The notes under the pieces were generated by a model. That model saw nothing but the letters and a program-made list of their open reading frames with translations, ran no database searches and was not told the DNA's origin. A stretch of 64,000 bases of DNA from IMG/VR virus record IMGVR_UViG_3300030117_007745, positions 1-64,000 of that record; one strand, 5' to 3'. The position numbers were made by a program, and so were the translations under genes. Below are positions 27,801-38,700 of the stretch, in pieces (the stretch's first letter is position 1; each line of letters starts with the position of its first letter). This DNA is from a virus.

Positions 27801-28570
27801 CCGGGCCAGTATTGGCCGCCAATTTCTCTAAAGGCAAATGAATCTGTAACTACATTTCCACTTCTTATAACAACTTCAGAAGATATTTTGCCAATTGAAA
27901 GAAAATCAGCCACCAGAGAGGGTGATGTTGGTATAATTTTTTCAATTGATTTGGTGGCTACATCATAAAAACTAAAAGCAAAATAAGATAAAAATTGTGG
28001 ATCTGCACCGCCCTCAGACTCATTTATAACAAACTCCGCCTCCAAGGGAATATCATAAACTACGCCGCCGTCTCTGCATTTTGTAGCGTTGAATGGGAAT
28101 TCTTCCTCATTGGCCTCTGTTGTTTCACGTCCTTGCAGAGTTTGCCCTTTAATTTCACTATACCCTTTCCTTAAAAGCTGCCCAATGGGTATTATTTTTG
28201 TTTTAAATTGGGGCGTTTCCACGTTTTTTGTTGGATATTTCTTTATTATATTAATAAATTTATCAAAGGGTGAGGCATTTAATATGTCATGCGAACGCTT
28301 AGAGCGGCATTGAACCACCATCACTTTTAGGTATTGAATATCTTCATTAAAATTTGTCAAAAAATCAAGTGAAGTTGTTTTAGCAGCCATTCTCAAATTA
28401 CATTTAAGCGAGAATCCTTGCGCCAATTGAGAATTATTAGATGATATTTGCTTATAGAAATTTCCTTTAGCAACCTTTTTGTTGTCAGAAGAGATAGATA
28501 AGCTCACGCTATTAATATAGATATTTGGCAACATACCGCCAGAAAAAGGCCCAGATGATACGTTATACAT
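24839..28570 (-). CDS. Large putative virion protein (1243 aa)
   Basis: Long ORF in the structural module; Gly/Ser-rich C-terminal tail. Confidence 0.55.
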   Translation of the reverse strand: MYNVSSGPFSGGMLPNIYINSVSLSISSDNKKVAKGNFYKQISSNNSQLAQGFSLKCNLRMAAKTTSLDFLTNFNEDIQYLKVMVVQCRSKRSHDILNASPFDKFINIIKKYPTKNVETPQFKTKIIPIGQLLRKGYSEIKGQTLQGRETTEANEEEFPFNATKCRDGGVVYDIPLEAEFVINESEGGADPQFLSYFAFSFYDVATKSIEKIIPTSPSLVADFLSIGKISSEVVIRSGNVVTDSFAFREIGGQYWPGPVHQMPNGDWMKYSSHSLDSSISKLRLLTVPNIKIKDHRVIDKIGSAQFDLVGDGEFVTKDEKLISRLRKDSNLDLIRRRTNYISDFNITRDSKNNARFFFSLNMEEIVKSNTDFPKILDNLKKFDPTTHQNLLINAKIINLTVGRQQVRASRALENGEMVVSVDNSKPSIKIASSSDSSDFPGILRASINSNSKRDPGNRNLRPRTFGLIEEVSVASSTPSPAVRHFTGTDFDISEKRDGLFQYGVEVEVLDPVMKMLKNDLLTLKGLIGGSTASSGFEQYYRDSLSKESYFEPKTQQFSLSFLDFYNTKYNTNSNSSYDTENFLFRTVSFMTRMFFRYFTIPSELRLSQVATMNYLTNIASPNCGSPEGIQIVLSLMYRLEESLLKVFQTNSRYVKYRGDVSDSTLADSRSIRSTRENKTTKFRFAFNNLYNARTNPGIGYDYLFATKNQMEKNTDGLALFTKQDIIDRSLLEVSKYFASQISNILITDKDRIVYNGGDAIENSMYSFFTVSNINLKREDQTISYSNTLNPIKNSSKNELNDILNEVYLINQNKGLLRGSKTSPDSDRATQKILDGISLNQSIRINQGRKRYFERAKTTPFPNSAQIDAIDNRENLYNQQAMLDDKNGALDSAKGFMTFLNMYSNGTISSNSNSAIFYQINEPEGGRTFKRELEQDANRSPTIQLATTPRLNLAPNQIKALLLSLLNSDSVIQNSIFQVESSTRDLFTDPRNLGFMYYNYRNIRMIEVFRGYDQTTDSIAIKSPIYSRLTASDLKNIQKGSLLLCRHVEYLNPNYGLEMDNSLQLPTYNEHFFISLNSTERGNTTVIGEFVLSNQSDFSRPNFISRNDINDIATRLFEQRGMITEPNISKQGSVVRSEFLNSNIVIKDINLTKLGFRDSSFVKKLIDRQRQNENKSNFVLAQDLQGKGLSSFLPTNTLEDLSVYGIRPNEETQTTGQRTGTSPSGGGGTPTGGGAGSGGSTSTY

Positions 28571-29766
28571 TATACTTCATCCTCACACAAGTCAAATACA
28601 TTTTCCGGTGGAACTGTAATATCGCTTGGTTTCTGCTGTGCTGTTTGTATTTCATCGTCACAAGAGACTTTAAAAAAATACTCTACATAATTTTCAGACA
28701 CTTTTAAATTATTTCCTGTTTTATCATACAGATATTGCGAATACAGATCTGAAAAATAATCCCCTCCAAATCTCAAAGGCAACATTCTTTCTGACTTGGA
28801 GTCACTAAATCGTCCCGCCGCCACGTCTTCTATCTCATAAACCTCGACATAAAAGTCCTCTTTTTCATTTAAAGAATGCAATTCCTTTAAATCTATTGAT
28901 ATATAGTCCTCTTCAATTTTAACAAACGTTCCGTCACTTGTGACAATAGAATAATCAAATTCAACGGCTTCGGCCGAATCTTTGACAGAAAGTATATCAT
29001 TGAGAGTTATTGATTTTCCACCATCTGCTATTTGGCCTATTGTTGTTTCAAAAGTTACCTCAACTTCCAATTGAGGTATTCTAACAATACCATAAGGACT
29101 ACTATCATAATAAATTGAATCTGATATTTTTCCCTTTTTGAAGTTCAAATCAAAAGCAGGATAGTAGATATCATTGTACCCAGATGTGCCTAAAGGAATT
29201 TCTAATCCTACAAGATTTTGTTTTTTTGGAACTGGATATCTGTAGGAGCGCGATGGGTCCGGAGAAAATGTTGGGTTTAAAAATTTATCTACAGGCGAAA
29301 GAGGAGCGACCTTAAAGATGGAGCCACCGGATCTACCTGTGCCGGCGAAGGAACTTCCTTCACCTTCTGTCTTAAATTTTTCTATTGCTTTAGCTAATGC
29401 AGATTCGTCAAAAATCGCTCCGCCGTATGCGTCTACGAATATATTATCTTCTAGATCCACAAGAACGAAATCTCCGAAAGCAATTTGATTTACACTTTTC
29501 TCAACAGTGTCAACGCTGTGGATAGCTTTAATTCTTGGGGTCTCTTTAATTCTATCTTCTGTGTCTTTTTGATTTTCTGGTGGGCCTGTTCTTGCATCGG
29601 ATGATGAATCATTAGGCGGAAGCCCTTGGTATTTTGTGTCGTAATCAACATCATTATCAAAAAAAGAATAATAAACTGGTTTCAGCTTACCAACTGATAA
29701 TAGATATTTTCCGTACTGCGTTAACTGCACGTCTAACACTTCTTCTTTTCTATCAAAAAATTCCAT
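28570..29766 (-). CDS. Putative virion protein, N-terminus related to 20154-21068
   Basis: LDVQLTQYGKYLLSVG...SFFDNDVDY parallels LDAVLTDAGRARLAAG...FADDEIDY. Confidence 0.6.
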   Translation of the reverse strand: MEFFDRKEEVLDVQLTQYGKYLLSVGKLKPVYYSFFDNDVDYDTKYQGLPPNDSSSDARTGPPENQKDTEDRIKETPRIKAIHSVDTVEKSVNQIAFGDFVLVDLEDNIFVDAYGGAIFDESALAKAIEKFKTEGEGSSFAGTGRSGGSIFKVAPLSPVDKFLNPTFSPDPSRSYRYPVPKKQNLVGLEIPLGTSGYNDIYYPAFDLNFKKGKISDSIYYDSSPYGIVRIPQLEVEVTFETTIGQIADGGKSITLNDILSVKDSAEAVEFDYSIVTSDGTFVKIEEDYISIDLKELHSLNEKEDFYVEVYEIEDVAAGRFSDSKSERMLPLRFGGDYFSDLYSQYLYDKTGNNLKVSENYVEYFFKVSCDDEIQTAQQKPSDITVPPENVFDLCEDEV

Positions 29767-29773
29767 ATTGTTT

Positions 29774-29782
29774 ATAAATAGC
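29774..29782 (-). promoter_or_regulatory. Putative late promoter GCTATTTAT, 7 nt before ATG
   Basis: Recurring motif; no SD between motif and ATG 29766. Confidence 0.55.
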
Positions 29783-29797
29783 CTTAATTATTAATTT

Positions 29798-32700
29798 CTA
29801 TTCCTCTGGTGGTTCAAAAACTACTTCTGATTCAATTTGAGCTAATTCAACAAGAGAGAAAAAATCATATGGCCAATTATAACTGTAAGTTAATTCTGCC
29901 TCTGGATTTGATGATACCCCTTGCAATTCTTTAAGTGCGGTGAAAGAAAATCCTTTTGCAGTCTCTGATTGTTGAGTGACGTTCATAAAGTTATTTCTCG
30001 CTTTTTGTTTTACTTTAAAAACCATCCATCTTATATTATTTGGCAATTGACCTTCTTTATATTGGCCAAAGAATTCGTAATTAACCCCTATTTGATGTTC
30101 AATCGCAACAGAAGCTTTTTCTGCTGTTCTAGAAATTTTAGGCATCAAGTTCTGCCAAATATCAGCGAGGTCCTGCTTGTCAAGCGTATGATTAAACTCG
30201 AAAATATACATAACGAATGGATCAATGTTTGGATTATTTAAAAAGTCCATTTGTGGAGGAAGAGAAAATTTGCTCATTTTTTCAATCATTTGTGTAATTG
30301 ATGTTTGCCCTATGTCATTCTTAGCTCCAAAGTCGCCGGCCAACAAAGCCTTATTACTAGTTTCATGGTTTGTTTTTTGCTTTAAGAACATATCTGGATC
30401 TATAGAAAAGAACTTTCCCTTTTCATCAATTGGGACAGCGATAATAGCCTCAGATATTATTTTCTTTGATCTGATTTTTCCTACTCTTTCTTTGCTCGCC
30501 TTAAATCCGCAGACATCAATTAGAGATCCGCTTAATTCTTTTACGCCGCCACCTTGTGTATCGTTTAATATCTGAGGAAAGCTTTCTTTAAGTTGCAAGA
30601 ATATTCCTTCAGAACCAGATGGTATCACACCATAGCCCTTCCAGATTCCTCTAGTAAAATATTTTTCATTTCCATGGCCAATTGCTGCACCGAGCGAACC
30701 TGTGTCCATATGGGCCAGATTAACTGATGGGCACTCAAACTTTGTTTCAATAATCCAAGCGTCATTTGTGCCTTGGACGACAGGGGTTGTAGCACTTTTA
30801 GCCTTAAATGTTCCATCAGGATTCTTTTCTGTGCCGTATTCAACCTCTTTTAGTGTGAGCTGGCCGAACAGATTTACAGATGAACTTAACTGCATCTGTG
30901 CAATCCCCGCAGCAAAATTATTTCTATATGAATCTTCCTGTAGTGTCTTGGCTAATTGATTTTCGTTTTGATAGCTAGTAGAAATTTTTGAGTTAGATAA
31001 TATCTCCTCCAAAGTAAATTTGGCAGCTTCTCCAGTCTGCATATCTCTTACTTCATGCGGCTTAAAGGCTATTCTGGCCCTAGAGGTTCCATAGAAATAT
31101 GGCGGAGTATGCGGAGCATATGTTGGATCTTGTGCTCTAAAAGCTGCATATGGTACACTACCAGTACCTGTTGATCCATAAACAAGGCCGTGGGCTTTAT
31201 AAGAAGGTCCATAGTGCATTCCCCTAGCTCCAACTCTTGTGTTCAAAATTCCATCCCCAGTAACTACTATAAGGTTATCAGTTAAGAATGGGGCGTATTT
31301 TATTCCGCCATCATACCTGAATGTGTCTGGGCCCGGGCCTTCATAGGATACAAAGTCTCCAGTTTTATATAATAAAACATCCATATAATAAACCGACCCA
31401 GAGACCATAGACTTAAAGTCTTTTTCTGGCTTTGAAATAAAGCTAGTTAAAGTCCCATCATCTAAGAAAAAATCGACCGATTCTGCAAAGAAGTTATTCG
31501 CTGCTAAGGAATATTTAGGATCGCTTCCGCCACTCCATTCAAAAAATAGCTGCGGCTGAGATCCTGTTGCGCGACTGTCTGCTGCCTCTAAAGAAACATA
31601 GGGATAGCTTGTAGATTGCCCAACGTAGTAATTTTCTAAGAAAAGGGCTCCACCTACAGATCCAGTAAAGTTAGGATAAGCAAAAAATACTTTTGATGAA
31701 AGATTATTGCCATCAACTGCGCCAGTTACCGATGAGGACAAGGGTAAAAACTGGTCCGGATCTAAAATGGCTTCAAAAGGGAAGCTATAATTTGGTACAG
31801 TTTGGTATTGATTAGAAACAAACATAGAACCACTGGTTGGTTTGCTAACCCCCAAATTAGTATTTGCAACAACCTGCGGAGCAGAGGAAGTGTGAACTGG
31901 GTAGCTAACTGCAATACCAGACTTTATTGTATTGAAAAATACTCCGGGCGCGAAAAACGGCTGATAAAGAGCTGCTAGTCTTTCTTGATCTCCGTCTCTC
32001 CTATTGGACCCGCTTATGAAGGGTGCATAAGATGACGAGAAGATATGTCCTAACTGAACAGACCTTAAGGCTGGGTAAAAGCCTTGATATGGCAATAATT
32101 TCTTTACGGCATTTGCCTCCAATCTAATTTTTGATGCAAATGCCGTATCGTTTTTCTTGTGATCTTCTTGAATAACAGAAAAATGCTTCATAAAATCACT
32201 ATGAGAATATACTTTAAAGAAATCTGGGTTGAAAGATCCAGACTCATTAGTTGCACTTGAACTAACAGACAAAGATGCTCCAATTAAATCTAAAAACTTA
32301 TTGTTGTCAGCAAAAAACCCTTCTTTTAAATAATAATCTATATGATCGGTGATTCTAAATTCTGGCAATACCGTATAATCTTTTGCTATTCTTCTAATAT
32401 CTTCTGAATAATCTTCATAAGAGTTGAACCAAGGACTCTTCCCACTTAAAACATCTGTTCTGTAGGGCGGTATCAAGTGAAGCGATGCAGAGGGAGAATT
32501 TCTCCTAGGGACCATCGCTCCCGACATTATCATATTGGGATATTCAAATTGGAAAGAGGCCGTTGGCTTGAAACTTAAACCTGTCGTTGTTATAAAGTTT
32601 GGGACTGGCCCAGATGCAGTTGGGGCTCCAAGTTCGCGCACTTTGCCTTGCAAATTTATGCCAAGCAAGTTGTAAATGTATCCAGCGCAAGACAATTCGC

Positions 32701-35700
32701 CATTTTTATTTAGATTAGCGAATCTACTGGTAGTGTTAGTGCTTAGAGTAGCTCCAGAAGCATGTAGCGGGGCCCAGTAATAGGGGTTATATGGTCCGCC
32801 GCTATAAGATGCAGATATTTGATGCAGATCGTAAAATGGCTCTTCGGCATCTAATGGCCAAATGCTCATGTCTGTTAATCCAAAGAATGATGAACCGCTA
32901 GCAATAATTAAGCCCTCTGCGTTTCTTGCTACTGCATCTGTTCTTAAACGATCATCAATGTTATCTTTCCAAAAGGCAAGAGAATCCCCTAAGCGAATAT
33001 CAAAATTTGTTTGCCCCTTGGATACAGTGTAGTTTTCTCGACCCCTTGCCTTGGCAAGACCGGTATTTCTTTCTCTTGGGAAAACGACTTCTCTATAGCA
33101 CAATTTTAAAATTGAAGGCTTCAAATCATCTGGTAGTTCATTTGATATGTAAGATTTCTTAATAAAGTTATATGCTAATTTTATATCTTTATTATCTTTC
33201 TTAAAATCAAGTATGTCATCTATTTTGTTGTTTGTAAATGTTCCCAGCATGTTAGCGTAAGAGTAATCAAGCTCAACCATGTTTGTCCCTTGGCCATCAT
33301 CTTCTTTAACGAGAATATCATGTTCCAGTGGCTTATATTTAAAAGACACCATTGGCTCAGTAAAATTATTAAGCGTTTGCGTCTTTATCTTCTGCAACTT
33401 TAGATCGCCCGGAGAAATACTTGTCTTTTCTGTTAAGACCGAAAACGTGTTGTGCTTTACAAAATTTCTTATAAGTGGGTGATATGAAGACCTGCTTAGA
33501 TCTCTTGTGGAAAATCCATATGCTCCATTTCTGTTCAACAAGATCGAATTCAAAAGAAGCGTTGAATCTAATTGTTGGTTTGTTGGGAACAAATCTATAT
33601 TTGCACTTGACTCTAAAAGATTAGAGCCTGTCGTCAATGTGTCAACTACAACAGAATTAAGGCCAACAAAATCAACATTTATTAGCTCACCATTGGCCTG
33701 CTCTGCACCAGTTAGGCTAGCACTAACAAAAACTAAATCTGTTGCTGCATAGCTTTTGTTCTGGTAGTCTTTTTCAGAAAATCCAAAAGGAAACGCAATA
33801 GTTGAAGAGGAAATCCAAGCATATTGTTGATCACTTTGTGGAATCTGATGTTGTATAAAATAATTATCATATACAGAGCTTGTTAAAGTGTTTCCAAATA
33901 TATCTTGCCTCTTTATATATTTTCTTCCGTTTCTTTGAGTTTTTTTGAAGGATGCAGACGGAGAACCTATTACACTGTCATATCCACCGAATGCTGTATG
34001 TCTGGTTAAAAGAGTGCGTAATGGCTGTCTAACTGACAGATTTCTAAAGGGCATTGCGTTATACGGACTATATACCTCTGATTCATAGTTCAAAAATGCT
34101 GGCCCATTGACTTCTGGGCCGCCGGGTGCAGAAAATCTACTAACAAATATATGCTCACTCTTTCCTTTAACTGGAATAGCCCAATCGTATGCACCTGAAA
34201 CTGAAGGTGTTCCGATGGACTCAAATGACGCAGTAGAGATACCATTGTTTTTGAAGAAATACCTGTTATTGGTGTCTCTGCCTGCTATTTGAACAATCTG
34301 ATAGTCCTTTTCATAGTTACCATTATAGGCCTTTACCTGCCCGAGTTCATTAAACGGTGGCAAACTAGTTTGTGATGGAATGAAGCTGCTAGTTGTTGAC
34401 TTAATATTTTTAATATTTAATGGCCTTTTAGCAGCCTCTTCTCTAAGCATCGTTGCTCTGGGGGCGTTTACACCGCCGGGTAAATCATAGATATTATAAA
34501 AATCAAAATTAATCCCATTTGGATTGGCTGTAATGGTTCTTAAAGCATACCAAGCCTCTGGCTTTACGTGTGGGCTTTGTCCTATGTGCAAGTGAAGGCC
34601 CGAATGTCTATAGGCATATCCTCCAACATTCTGCTCTGTAAATGGACCTTGCATGGGAATATCTTTGTTATCTAGATAGTAATCTTGGAGATGCTGGGTT
34701 GATACTTCATAGCCAATGTGCCAAGGGGTGCTTCCCGTTATAAAAGGATTATCTGTCGAAGAGCTTTGAAATGACAGTGGAGCATATTTTCTACCATCGT
34801 ATCCTCGTTCTGTCGATATTGATGGTATTTGAACTTTAAATTCTGGTTTGAATTTTCTATTTGGATCAATCTTGTCAGGAGTATTAGTATTTGGTTGTCT
34901 TTCAATGGTGTTTGTATTGAAAGATATCCTATTGCCTGAACCGGCAGGAGATTCAGCGAAAACTACATTTCTAAAATTTCTATCTTTTTTGGGTCGAGAC
35001 CTATTTTGATCATTAAAAGCGCCCTTGTCGCCGGAATCTACTGAGAAATCTAAAGCTGCACCGCCCGCAGCCTTAACTAATGGATTTAAAGAATCTTCGT
35101 CTAAAACATCACTATATTTACTTAAATAGTATGAAAATGCTGACATATAGGCTTGGTTTATTGCATTGTCTATATCGGCATTACCAGTGCTTTTAGGAGT
35201 TTCTAATGAAAATGGCACTCTATTTCTCCACCAACTAAGGCTTTCTTTTTCATCGAATCTTCCGTCGTATTCTAAAATACCAACTTCAATAGGTGCTGAA
35301 TTGAATTCCCAGCCATCCGCTCTTCTGAGGTAGATGCCAGAGAAGTCAAAGCCTTCAAGACCCCTGATGACCTTGACTGGTGTGGTGATCCTAACTTCGT
35401 AAACCCCCTCTTCGTTTGTAATAATATCACGAAAATGAATGTCGTCTTTTAGTTGAGTTACTTTTAACTTTTTAGGACTTCTTTTATCAAGAGTGGGGTA
35501 TTTGTGCTTATATTTACTTCTTTCAAAAACGTGGCTTTCAATTACATTTCTGACCGTGCTAAATCTAGATGAAGCTGGAACTACCTGTTGTATCACTTGG
35601 CCAATACTGGTGTCTAACCACTTAAAATACTCTATGTAACGATCCAAATCAGGAACGTTGCCAACTCTTTCAAAAAATATGTTTCTTATTTTTTCTAGCT

Positions 35701-38700
35701 CTTTATATCGATCTCTGTATTTGTTGACTGGTGCACCTATCAAATCCTCCATGGCAGAGGCCTCTTTGGAGGCAGCTATGAAGTTTAACATCTCTTCCGA
35801 TATGCTTTGATACATGCTTTTTTCTACTGAGAAAGAAAAGGTTATTGGGCGGGTTCTTCTGGTAAAGAATTCATCGTCCCTGTTCAATACCTTTATTGCA
35901 TCTTGATTGTTTAAATTTTCTGGCACTTGTTGTCTATAAGAATGAACATACTCTCTTGAAATTGAACCAGTTTGGTTGTTTCCAGTTTCAAAAAATGCAC
36001 CCCGCCCAGTGTGTTGTTTTTCAAGCAAATTAGAAATGTGGAGGCCATATCTATTGTCTCCAGACCCAGATGAGAAATCCTGCACTTCAAATCCACCATT
36101 GTGCTCTCCAGTGTCAGACCCTGTGATATTGTCAAAATCCCAATTCATTGCTAATGTTTTTATTCTTGGAACTTCGACTGGATATGCGGCAGTTACTCCT
36201 CCACTAAAGGTGGCCACCCCGTCATCGCCTTCTCCTCCACTAGCGAGGGCAGTTGCATCGCCCCCAGTGGCAGTTTGGAACGTTCTAGACTCGGGGTTGG
36301 AGATGATATTAATGTTTTTCCCCACTACAGCTCCAGTATTTATTGCTTCAACCAGTTCCGCTGTTGTAAGATTAACGGGAGTAAAACCGTTATTGGTTCC
36401 GTCATTTGGCTTGACGTTAATAAATAATGGGTCTGTGGTGCTGGAAAATGAAAGGAGCACTGTATCTGACGGATTGTTTCCGGCGCTGAGGACAGTGAGT
36501 TTAATTTGTTTACCATTCCTCTCTTGTCCTGCCGCAGTAGAAGTGAAAACAATGGGAGTGGTGGTGTCTAATGTCGCAGTTGCTGCTACCGTCTGACGGT
36601 CCTCTAAAAGATACGCGCTTTGCATTGAGTTGTAAACACCATAATTTTTTGGATCCATGGCATGAGATTTCAATTCATCGTTAGTTAGCGGCACTCCCCA
36701 ATATCTACAGGACGATATTTTTGCATTAGTTCCAACTAACAAGCTACCAGTAAAGTTTGTTCTGTGTGCTCCAATATAAATTCTTTTGTTTGCTACGAGA
36801 TAGCTGAGTCTGGTGGAGAGGGGCATACGTTTCTTTATATCAAAACTATTTTGTATGATATCGCCAACCATGTTATATCCAGAGAATTGTACTGTGAGAT
36901 CTCCAAATTCTGATCCGCTTAACATTCCAATATTCGGATACCTACTGGGATACATTCTTACTGATAGATTCCACCTCTCATTATTATAAACTTTTTTATA
37001 TGTCTCAGTTGTTATTTCAGATATAAGTCCTTCTGCGGCGGCATTTGGGTTTGACGATGTTAAAATAAATCTGACATTTTCACTTTCTGGTGCGTTTCGG
37101 CTGGCCTTTTCTTTTACAGCATAAACTTGAAAATTTCCGTAGTCTCTGAGGTGATTTGTTGTGTCACCCGGAGTCGATGAGGCTTCTGTTATTGCCTCGT
37201 GAATTCCAAAGAGAGATGCAGATAAAGTAGGAAATTCATAAAATCTAAAACTCGGGTCATTTATTGCTGGTTGTTTAGGAAATATAACTTCCGTCTCCAA
37301 GGTAAAGCCTGTCTCACTATCCCAGCCGACCACGCTTGAGCCAGTTATAAAGGAAACAGAATTAGCATTATTAGAGGCTGTCATCTGGTAAACGGTTGCA
37401 CCATGTCTGGTGTAGTAATTAAAATCTGCATATGACTTTCTTGACGTTTTGGATTTAAAGTTGCCCTTTAAATCCAATTCGGCATTGTCAGCATAAAAAT
37501 TTATACTATACAGATCGTCGTCAACTCCAAAACATCTCATAATGTTTGTAATTGATTTTTCAGTCCCTTTTGTCTTGTTAATAAACAATAGATTATTATA
37601 AAGATTTGTATAAATCTCATTTTTTATATCTGTTAGTTTCCTATCAAATTCTCTATCATCATCCCTGTTGGCTAGAGCTTCAAAAGCGCTAGCATTTGAG
37701 AATATTTCTGGTACTACAAAGCCTGCATTCGACAATAATTTATCTGCAAAAGGAAGAGGCTTGTTTAAACTGCCGGACGATGAGCCTGATACATATGCTA
37801 TGTCCTTTAGCCTAGGCAATGATTGAATTTGAAGAAACAGATTATCAAAATAACTGGCCATTATTTGATTTAATTTTAATATCTCATTTCTTCCCTTTTG
37901 CTCATCCTCATCTATTATCCAGCTTGGCAACATGTTATACAAATACATGGAGTTTCTGCCATCAAATTCTCTACCTTTATAGCGAACATCACTTTCGTAG
38001 CTAACTACTGATGGGTGGAAATTGTAAATAATTGGGTCTTTGAATTCTCTTAATGCAGCATTTGCCTCAACGATGGCAGAGCCAGTATATCTCATTGCCG
38101 CTGTATAATTGCTTATGTATCCATTTGAAACTCTGCCCGAATAATCTAGAGCAACTCTATCGATTGAAGATGTGAGAGTTGCTCCCTCATTAAATTTAAA
38201 ATAAACACCCAAGTTAACAGGGTTTATGTCTTCATAAAATTTTGAACTTGCAGCACCAAAGTCGCTGTTAGTTCCACCTGCCACTTGTTTAAACCAATTA
38301 AATTTAATATCATCAGAGTCTCTATGGATTGTCCAAAATCTAAACTCATCAATAAGCGATCCAGTTAACGATCCATAGCCTTCGTACACGGGCCCCGCGA
38401 TACGGGCAGCTATACTAGGCGGGCGCTTGTAGGCTCCAATAGTAGAATTGAAAGATCCTGTGGATACGGGCTGTACTCTGCTTCCAGTAACTGTAGTTTC
38501 GATCAAATTACCGTTTGCGTAAAGCTTTATTTCTAGGTTATCTGTAGTAGGATGATTTTCAACTGTAAAAGCTATATGATTCCAATCTGCCAAATCAATT
38601 CCAAGAGAAGATGTTAAATCTTTTGATCCGATTGGCGCTCTCTGTACTCCACTTGTGCCACTCATATAAGTAACATGAAACAAGGAGTCTTGCACGTATT

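Noticed and set aside
9352-29780. Exact T4 late promoter TATAAATA on the + strand (9352-9359, 29773-29780)
   Set aside because: Points away from the genes with no plus-strand gene to drive; better explained as the reverse complement of the CTATTTAT motif. A single sense-strand copy (52291-52298) is intragenic and insufficient evidence
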